The notes beneath the pieces were generated by a model. It worked only from the letters and a program-made list of their open reading frames with translations. It did not search any database and was not told where the DNA came from. From Oikopleura dioica (lineage: Eukaryota; Animalia; Chordata), in the NCBI GenBank assembly GCA_907165135.1, contig OU015568.1, forward strand, positions 7,130,001 through 7,194,000: 64,000 nucleotides of DNA. Direction: 5' to 3'. This document shows, piece by piece, positions 49,101 to 58,793 of the stretch. How positions within the stretch are numbered: position 1 is the first letter of the stretch; each line of letters starts with the position of its first letter. Made by a program: the position numbers and the translations under genes.

Positions 49101-52100
49101 AGGAACGGGGCTGAGACGGCCCGAAGGGCCGTCAAGCCCTTAAATTAAAAATCAAGGAACGGGGCTGAGACGGCCCGAAGGGCCGTCAAGCCCTTAAATT
49201 AAAAATCAAGGAACGGGGCTGAGACGGCCCGAAGGGCCGTCAAGCCCTTAAATTAAAAATCAAGGAACGGGGCTGAGACGGCCCGAAGGGCCGTCAAGCC
49301 CCTTAAATTAAAAATCAAGGAACGGGGCTGAGACGGCCCGAAGGGCCGTCAAGCCCTTAAATTAAAAATCAAGGAACGGGGCTGAGACGGCCCGAAGGGC
49401 CGTCAAGCCCCTTAAATTAAAAATCAAGGAACGGGGCTGAGACGGCCCGAAGGGCCGTCAAGCCCCTTAAATTAAAAATCAAGGAACGGGGCTGAGACGG
49501 CCCGAAGGGCCGTCAAGCCCCTTAAATTAAAAAATCAAGGAACGGGGCTGAGACGGCCCGAAGGGCCGTCAAGCCCCTTAAATTAAAAAATCAAGGAACG
49601 GGGCTGAGACGGCCCGAAGGGCCGTCAAGCCCCTTAAATTAAAAAATCAAGGAACGGGGCTGAGACGGCCCGAAGGGCCGTCAAGCCCCTTAAATTAAAA
49701 AATCAAGGAACGGGGCTGAGACGGCCCGAAGGGCCGTCAAGCCCCTTAAATTAAAAAATCAAGGAACGGGGCTGAGACGGCCCGAAGGGCCGTCAAGCCC
49801 CTTAAATTAAAAAATCAAGGAACGGGGCTGAGACGGCCCGAAGGGCCGTCAAGCCCCTTAAATTAAAAAATCAAGGAACGGGGCTGAGACGGCCCGAAGG
49901 GCCGTCAAGCCCTTAAATTAAAAATCAAGGAACGGGGCTGAGACGGCCCGAAGGGCCGTCAAGCCCTTAAATTAAAATCAAGGAACGGGGCTGAGACGGC
50001 CCGAAGGGCCGTCAAGCCCCTTAAATTAAAAATCAAGGAACGGGGCTGAGACGGCCCGAAGGGCCGTCAAGCCCTTAAATTAAAAATCAAGGAACGGGGC
50101 TGAGACGGCCCGAAGGGCCGTCAAGCCCTTAAATTAAAAATCAAGGAACGGGGCTGAGACGGCCCGAAGGGCCGTCAAGCCCTTAAATTAAAATCAAGGA
50201 ACGGGGCTGAGACGGCCCGAAGGGCCGTCAAGCCCCTTAAATTAAAAATCAAGGAACGGGGCTGAGACGGCCCGAAGGGCCGTCAAGCCCTTAAATTAAA
50301 AATCAAGGAACGGGGCTGAGACGGCCCGAAGGGCCGTCAAGCCCCTTAAATTAAAAAATCAAGGAACGGGGCTGAGACGGCCCGAAGGGCCGTCAAGCCC
50401 TTAAATTAAAATCAAGGAACGGGGCTGAGACGGCCCGAAGGGCCGTCAAGCCCCTTAAATTAAAAATCAAGGAACGGGGCTGAGACGGCCCGAAGGGCCG
50501 TCAAGCCCTTAAATTAAAAATCAAGGAACGGGGCTGAGACGGCCCGAAGGGCCGTCAAGCCCCTTAAATTAAAAATCAAGGAACGGGGCTGAGACGGCCC
50601 GAAGGGCCGTCAAGCCCTTAAATTAAAAATCAAGGAACGGGGCTGAGACGGCCCGAAGGGCCGTCAAGCCCCTTAAATTAAAAATCAAGGAACGGGGCTG
50701 AGACGGCCCGAAGGGCCGTCAAGCCCTTAAATTAAAAATCAAGGAACGGGGCTGAGACGGCCCGAAGGGCCGTCAAGCCCCTTAAATTAAAAATCAAGGA
50801 ACGGGGCTGAGACGGCCCGAAGGGCCGTCAAGCCCTTAAATTAAAAATCAAGGAACGGGGCTGAGACGGCCCGAAGGGCCGTCAAGCCCCTTAAATTAAA
50901 AATCAAGGAACGGGGCTGAGACGGCCCGAAGGGCCGTCAAGCCCCTTAAATTAAAAAATCAAGGAACGGGGCTGAGACGGCCCGAAGGGCCGTCAAGCCC
51001 CTTAAATTAAAAAATCAAGGAACGGGGCTATATATAACAGCCGTATATTGAAAATTTTGAATATTGGTCTTCAAGCTGATGGTCTTCCACCAAGGAGGTC
51101 CTCCGGGGTCCTCCGGCCGAACTTGACCAAAGTTGACCATGGGTGGCCATATACCGGCCGAGCACGGCCATATATTGAATATTCATAATATTGGTCTTCC
51201 AGCAGATGAAGTCCTCCAAGGGGGTCCTCCAAGACAATATCAAAGACTTGCAGGCTTCATATTTTCAAGAGCCACGGCGCCTAGGAGTACCAACCGATTT
51301 TAACCAAACTTTCATAGATTGTTCGTTACGGCATTTACTACAATATATCGAGTACTCGTTAGTGCCGCTTCACTAGAAATGTGCCTAAAGACGAATTTAA
51401 TATTTTTTCTTAGCAAAAAGGGTTGAAAAACCCTTTTTATATATTTTAAAGAATTTTAACTTCTTCAAAATGGCAATATTACTATTGTAAATTTTCATAT
51501 AAACGAGTTTAAAGCAACTTGAAAATCAAGAAATTTATTTGCGTGCGAACCCTAGCTAGCGTTTCCGTGATTTCGGAGAGCTTCTCGGTTTTTTGTTTAT
51601 TGTCTTCAAGGAGCTCTTCGTATTTGAACTTGAGTGATTTTAACTCGCCATCGAGCGAGTTTGAGCGAACTTCTTCCGAATTCTAGGACATTTAATTGCG
51701 TCTCTGCTCGTATTTTTTATTTCAGACCTGATAGGTAGCGATGATTTGTTGGGTGTTGTTTCGAATTTGTTCAGTTTCCTCTTTGGACTCTTTGATGTCC
51801 CGCATCAGCTTCGAATTCTTTGCCTTTTCCTCTTCCAAAGATTGCGTCTCTTTCTTCAGCTTTTCCTGCGTCCACTTGAGTACATTCGAGTTGGCAACGA
51901 ACTGCTCCTTCATCGCGTTACAGTCCTTTGTCGCCTGCGCCGCCGTTTTCCGACACTTTTCAGCTTCGATTTTCATCTTATCTTCATTAGCCTTTGCTTT
52001 TGCCGCCTCTTTCGTGGCGTTTTCGGCGGCCCTCGAAGAGTCCAGCACTCGTTTTTCGACCATTGCATATTTCATCACGGAATCGTTGCGTTCTTTTTCC

Positions 52101-53070
52101 AGGTTTTGGATTTTACGCACTAGTTCGTTTGATTTGACAGTAGCGGCTTGCGCTCGCTCAGCGTCGTCTTTTTCAACGCTTGAAACCAGGAAAGGGGATC
52201 CTTGCTGCCGCCAGAGACTTTGACGAACTGCTCGGCGATGGGTTTCAGTTCGTTTAAATTTTCAACTTGCGTTTTGAGGCGGAAGATGTTCGCGTGCGCG
52301 TTCGCCAGTTCCGATTTGAGCTGAGATAGCTCGGCCATGATTCCTGCGTGCTGAAGGTCTTCGTTGTCCATGGAAAGAGGATCGGCGAGAGGCGGCTTTG
52401 ATTCGGTGGATTTGACGGGTTCGGCAAGGGATGGTTCTGGAGAGCTGGATTTGGATTGATCGGAAATAGCGGCGTTCTTTTCCGGCTCTTTTTTCGCTTG
52501 CGAATCTGGTCTTAGAGGAGTGGGAGACAGTGGATGATCGACAACATCTTCTGCTTCATCGTGATTTACAGTGACTTTTTCAGAATCGGCAACGATTGGG
52601 TCGGAAAGCTTCTCTTCTGGTATCCTCTTAATTTCTTCGGATTCAGTTTGAGGCGGGGGAATCGATTCAGTGTCAGGGATTAGCTTCGTTTCGTCATCTC
52701 TTGCCTTCTCTACCACTGCTACTTCAGAAGAGTCATGGGCTGGATCATTTCCTGGCTCCTTTGCTTCAGAATATGGAACATCAGCGCTTTCAGGGGCTTC
52801 ATTGTCGCTTTCGGAAACAAGGGCGTCGACTTCGTCGATGATTGCGGCTAGTTCGTGCGAGCTGACGATTTCCTCTCCTGACGGGAGATCTAGAGAACAA
52901 ATATGAAAATTCGTAAGCTCAAAATTTTGACGAAAAATTTACCCGAATTTTGATCGCCTTCCATAAAACTCTCTTCTTCAAGTTGTGTAGTTAGTATTCT
53001 CCTGTTTTTTGTTTTATTTCTTCAACTGGTCTACTAATTCTCCATCTATCGATTCGCGGCCTTTCGCCAT
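46162..53070 (-). CDS. CCDC186: Coiled-coil domain-containing protein 186, with one exon split by a 3.5 kb hAT-like element; 3' end approximate
   Basis: ERNDSVMKYAMVEK, LKWTQEKLKKE, ETEQIRNNTQQIIATYQNSEEVRSNSLD, KIDFLNDHVSQLTEEL, LEVNRKLQLVLEDTLLKN; these match CCDC186 conserved blocks. Confidence 0.88.
48079..51554. mobile_element. Non-autonomous hAT-like element, 3476 bp (related subfamily, copy B)
   Basis: TIR tagggttcgcac(c/g)caaataa (19/20 match); 8-bp TSD GCTAGCGT (48071-48078, 51555-51562). Shares the hairpin repeat and the adjacent gggtgtggg..ctcagagt module with copies A/C, in reverse orientation. Removal restores SEITETLAKVQSDYDDAAAK. Confidence 0.9.
48857..51029 (+). repeat. About 39-40 tandem copies of the 54-56 bp hairpin monomer
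   Basis: Monomer aggaacggggctgagacggcccgaagggccgtcaagccccttaaattaaaaatca; the variation seen is confined to homopolymer length. Confidence 0.97.
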
Positions 53071-53539
53071 CCCAAATCTAAATTCTCGACTGTAGCCGTC
53101 TGTCCTTCGATACGCCTTTTGGCCTCGATAGTTATTATCTCACACAGAGTGCACAGGAGCTTCGAATCAGTAGATCATTGTTATTGACAACTTAATTTTC
53201 GAAAAAATCGATTTTGAAACTTTCTTTTTTTGAGGAAAAAAGCGAGAAACTCCCATTTTTTTCGTAATTCTGAGTGCGAAAAATCACACTTTTCGCGACC
53301 CATGGTTTAATTAAACACTCAAACAATCACTTTTTTCTTTTTGTAAATAAAACTCAAAACAAATAAAATTCGGGAATTCGGGAAATAAATATTGACTTTG
53401 AAATTTTCAGATTTTTCTCTCAAAAAGCGGGAATTATGAAAAATAGTCAGAAGATCGTAAAAATGAAATGAAGCGATGGAAATTGTGATTTTTGAGTGAA
53501 TTCTTTTCGCTAAAGGCGTTTTGTGCGAGCGAAGACGTC

Positions 53540-53640
53540 TTTGAAAAAATAGAGCGCGCTGATTGGCCACGCGCGGTGGGTAAGAGTTACTCACCCGTTT
53601 TACGCAGCGAGGATTTCTAGTAGAGTGCCGATTTTGCAAA
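53540..53640. promoter_or_regulatory. Probable bidirectional promoter between divergent CCDC186 and RPA2
   Basis: GC-rich island gagcgcgctgattggccacgcgcggtggg (reverse CCAAT) between two divergent ATGs (53070 and 53857). Confidence 0.4.
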
Positions 53641-53856
53641 TTTCGACGAAGACCTTTTTTATGTATAAAATTTTTTATAGTAAAAATGAAACTGGATGTC
53701 TTAGCTTTGGATACACTTCCAGAAAAGGCATAACGACTTATTCATTTCTGTATTAATGATTACTGAAACTGACTGACTATTATCACAAATTACAACAAGT
53801 TTACGTTTGCCAAGCTTCTTGAAATATCATCATTTGTTAAAGATTACCATTTTAGA

Positions 53857-54723
53857 ATGTCGGTCAAGAAGGCTCAGAACTACGTCCACGTGACCATTGC
53901 CACTCTCAACGCGAAGGGATCCTTTTTTGCCGACGACGAAGGAAACGGATTCCACATTAATGGAGTCAAAGTCTCGATGGGATCCGCCGTCTTCTGCGGA
54001 AAAGTTCTTGGAACACAGGTTCGCTCTTTTTTCTTTGCAGTTTTTGACGCTTTTCAGGAAGTCGAGAGTGGCAACGCAAATGCTCTCGGAATCTGCTTGG
54101 ACGATGGAACCGGAGTGCATCTTTTCAACGATGTCATTCGAGCTGTCCCGGTCAAGAAGGGAGACTACATCAAGATTTTCGGCGCTATCAAGCCTTCCAA
54201 AGATGGTGACCTTTCATCAATCTATCTCTGCCATAAAACCATTCTTTAGACAAGAACAAGGCTTCAGTAATCGTCCACGTGATCCGAAAGATCGAGAAGA
54301 ATCCCGGCTCCGTGCTGAGCTGCTTCATGCTCGAGGCGATTTACACCGTCGCTCAGGTAATGGGCAATGGCACCAACAAGGAAAACGTTCCAATCGACAA
54401 GGTAGCATTCTAATACGAATTCAAGGGTCAGTCTTTTTTAATTGAGGCGCCAAACGCAGTTGCTTCGACGAACGATTTCGTGCGCGAAGGAATGGACTCC
54501 CAGCAGAGCAAAGTCCTCGGCATCGTGATCAAGAACGAGACAGAGCAGGGCGCCCAGTGTCCAAAGGACTTTTCAATGCTTGGAATCAAGGAGGAGAAAC
54601 TCCGCGAAATTCTCGACCAGCTTGCTGATGATGGTCAGTTTTCCTTCCCCTACGATCTTTTATTATTTGTTTTCAGGACATATCTACAGCACCATCGACG
54701 AAGACCACTACAAGTCGACTTAG
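53857..54723 (+). CDS. RPA2: Replication protein A 32 kDa subunit
   Basis: OB fold (VTIATL..FHINGVKV..LDDGTG..GDYIKIFG) and winged-helix tail LDQLADDGHIYSTIDEDHYKST*. Confidence 0.88.
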
Positions 54724-54872
54724 ACCAAATTGAATCATTCCTCACTGCCCCTTACTGACAGATTCCCCTTTTTGATAGAAACAACATGTATTTTTCAAAA
54801 TGGAAGTTTTCCAATGATTTTCAATTAAAAAATCTTCAGAAAGCATTTCGATTTTCGGTGAGCTGAGAAAAA

Positions 54873-57800
54873 ATGCATCTTTGCTGCGTTTGCGCAGAGA
54901 AGGTGCGGAAGATCGAGTCAGAGCGAGATTCCAGCGCCACTTTTGAGCAGTCAGAAGAAATTCCGCCCGTGAAGACGGCATTTGTGAAGATCAAGAAGTC
55001 GGGCGATGAGAGAGACTGCAACTTTCATTACGAGCAGATCTTGGTCCCAGAGCACTACAAGTACTACTGTAGTGACTGTGCTGTTGTCAAACTTCTGCGG
55101 GATCCGAGGTAAGGCAAGATTGATGATTCCCTCTTTACGAAAAATTCTAGCATAAAAGAAAGCGATCACGACTTTGTCAGCGAGCGCGTTCGAGACGAAG
55201 AGCCCTGCGAGAATTACAGACTTTGGCTGCAATTTACAGCGACAATCGCCGAAATGCTCCGACGCAAGCAGCATTACATGGCCCAGTACTCGCTTATCAT
55301 TTCGTCGCGCGAAACCTACGTCAACAATTTGGAGCAGTTCGTCAAAAATCACATCCCGTTGCCGTTCAACTTGCAGGACTACAAAAACGACCGCGCGGGG
55401 CTTCAAAAATACACGGATGCGACATTTCGTTTTCACCAATACCCGAGGAGAGCGAAGGAGGATCGGGAAATGATAGAAATGCTCAGAGGAAGGCCGATAA
55501 TCGACGAGGACGAGGAGTTTATCCAGATTTCTCAAATGCTTGTCGCGAAAAAAGGGATGGAAACAATCCCTCTTTCCCCAGGGGCGTTTGCGTACTTCTT
55601 TTTCAAAAGCGAGATGGAACTCATCATGGAACTGGCGCTCCAAAAGTGCACGGATAAGATACGAGATTGGGACAAAGCTGTGGACAGGTGGATCGGCAAA
55701 AGAAACCGCTACTTTTCTGGTAAGAAATCTCTCGAATCTGGTTAGGTAACGGATCATCTTTAGTTCTTTCGAAAGAGCCAGAAACTGCTTCAAAACACTA
55801 CCTCAAAACAAAACACGAGCTGTTTGACGAAGCCCGACTAATGCACCGCGACAAAAGCTGCGAGAAAATCCATGTCCCCTTTCACTTCGACAGCGGCTAC
55901 ATGAAACGAACCCATGTCAAGCCTTGGCGAAAAGTTTCTCTGGCAGATCTCAAATCCAGTTTCAAAGAACAAGTCGCGCGTGTGTGGACTAAAAATACCG
56001 TCGATTTGGACCGAATGGATGCAAAATTCAAGATCAAAACCACGATCTTGTCTGCCGAAGAGTTGGAGAAAAAGAGCTTTCATGTGAAATCCGGCACTTT
56101 GAAAAATCGAGAGTGGCTTTTACCCGTCGTTTCTTTTCCCGTTCGCGAAGGGGGAACCACCGCTGGCTTTGTTCGGGAATCTATTTCGAACATGCTCGAT
56201 TACACAATCACCCAAAGTGGCCATCCGATGAAGAAGCTCGAGTTGACGAAAGATTGGCAGCTGGGAATCGCGATGGTCGGATTCAACACTCGCAATGTGC
56301 AGATGAAAATGGCAACGACTTACTACCGAGTTGCGGTGAAGCTGTTCAAATCGGAAGATGCTTCTGCCGGCGTCCTGAGCAGAGCATCCTCGGAGAAGAA
56401 AATTCTCATGTGGTGTCTGGACCTGGACAAGCAAAATATCTTCTGGGTCAAGAAAGTTCCTACAGTGTACAAGCTTCCAGCGCATTGTGGCCCAACAGTG
56501 ATTCCTTTCCAAGCCCATCATGTCTGGTACACTTCTGTTCCGAGATCCGACTTGAGTTCTGAGCTGAAATACAGCTGCAGAGTCGAGGAATACCTCCAAA
56601 AAAGCCTGGAAAGCTGGCACGCCTCTTCAACCAAGAATCAAATCAATACCTTCATCGAGAAACACATGAACTTCCGCGGCAACTACGAAATAAAAGTCCT
56701 CCATTCTCGGAGATCAAAGTGCCCCATCGAACGAGCAATGTTCAACTTTGGCGATATAATTGTCCGAGATCCGCATGGCGAGAAACAAGTAACAATGGCG
56801 ACTTGGTGGAGCGAAATTCAGCAAAAACATGCTGTCGTGAGAAATCCTGGAGCCCATCACGAAAGCGCCACGAATAATTCCAAAAGAAAGCGCCTCCTTT
56901 GCGCGTTTTCCAACAGCGTCATGCTTCACAGAGACTCGGCTATCTGCCACAGGCCCGTTGTTAACACGCTGAAGCAGTACGACTTGTGCGAGGAGTACAA
57001 AGAAGCGAAAGAAAAGGAATACCGGGGAGAGAGATTGACGAGAGAAGCGCAAATGATCTGGCGAGCGGTGAACAAATATCCAAGCTATCGGAGAGTGATG
57101 CGCATTCTGCTAAAGTATTTGAACGAAAATGAGAAAACAAGGGACTACCAAGCCATGTTCATGGAAGTAATGAGTTTGAAGCAAGTAGAAGCTGCGAGCG
57201 GTTCAAAACAGAACAGCGATTATCCGGAGCGATTTCCAAAAGTCACAAAATCGGAATTGATGGAATTTTTATCCATAAATCGCGCGCTCTCCAACGACTT
57301 TCCCATGCCCTGCGATCTTCTTGGAAACACAGTAACTGCCATACGAGCGTTCGATCTGAAGAGAGAAAAGGATGAAGACAAGAAAAACTTTTATCCGACG
57401 ATCTTGATGAACATGCTAAACGGACTTAAAATTCTCGACAACTCGATATTCTACAATCACGGAAGAAACGGGGAGAGAACAGTTGGCAGAAGAAACATCA
57501 GACTCACCTACCGAAAAGCTTACAACGCGAATGCTGGTTTCAATTACCGAAACAGAAGAAAGGGAAACATCAATTCTCAACACATTGATCGAAAATCTGA
57601 CCCTTCAAACACGGAAAACCAGACGATTACTGAGGTGGACACGATGACGCAGGAAGAAAGAGAGAAACAAGCGCGGAAACAAAAGTTCATCAAGGACGAT
57701 TTTAAGCAAATCCAAATGGGTAACAAGTGTACGTATCTCTGAACTACTATCTGACATTATTTTTAGACTTATTTCGGAAAGGTTTGATTGATTTTTTGTC

Positions 57801-58135
57801 ATTTTCGGTGACATTATCTGCCAAATTGGTGTCTCTCTAAGGCCTTAGAGGCGGTGTTTTTTCTAAAATTAATTCAATTAACTAATTGTCTCATTCTAGG
57901 GCTCGTCCAGGTCAACGGCATTATGTATGACATGAAGCAATCAGAAGAATATCTTCGAGAACGCCGAGCGGCTCTAGCTTCAGACGAGAAAAAGAAGGAC
58001 CACGTCGTCATCTCAAAGGAAGATCTCGAAGCTGAGGAAGCCGAAGAATCGTCCCAGCAACAACTTGCATCCATGGAATTTTCCACTATTCTTCTCAAAC
58101 AGGCGCAAGAGGATAGCAAAGACTCAAAAGTATAA
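54873..58135 (+). CDS. Large orphan protein (~950-1000 aa) with N-terminal Cys/His motifs and one ~2 kb exon
   Basis: ORFs 54873-55112, ~55152-55741, ~55775-57720 and ~57900-58135 can be joined by short GT-AG introns. N-terminal CCVC..CNFH..YCSDC (B-box-like spacing); remainder unrecognised. Confidence 0.55.
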
Positions 58136-58793
58136 AATTCATCAGTTTATTTTCTTCACTTATTATTCGACTTTTGCTGCCAAAAACAAAGTTCACTTCT
58201 CATTTTTTCTCACACTTATTCAAACTGGAATAAAAAAGATAAATTCATCACGAAAAAGACTCTCAAACATTGGTCAAATAAGACATTTTTTGAGTTAGAA
58301 GAGTTTTTGTTAAATAATTTATTTACAAACACACTCGATTTACAGGTCAAATTTTGACCGACCCAATCTTTCCAGAAAAATATTAATCGCCTTTCTGAAA
58401 TTTCTTCCAGCAGGAGTAGCTTCTGTTGAAAGGCGAGCCACTTGTTTCTAAGAAGAGCATGGAGAATCGAATAGAACGAATGGAACTTACTCTTTGCCGC
58501 TCCAGAACTTGCTCTTCAGTCGATCTTGCGGCAAAGTTTTTGTGAACGATATCCAGCAAATTACTGGCAAGGCCTATTTTGGGTGAAAATAAACAGGTTT
58601 ATATGAGTAAAATTAGCATGGTTGTTCTTCCACGATCCTTCCCACGCATCATTGTCGACTTTTGCCGAGGTGACGTAAGACCTTTTTGGGGCATATTCGA
58701 AGAAGCTGGAAAATAAAAACAAAACATCAAAATCTTTTATACAAATTATGGTAGAATCAATTTACAAAACACATAAAAATGCTAGAGCAGATC

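Noticed and set aside
48857-51029. CRISPR array interpretation of the palindromic repeats
   Set aside because: The sequence between hairpins is constant (no unique spacers), there are no cas genes, and the context is a eukaryotic transposon; this is a tandem satellite.
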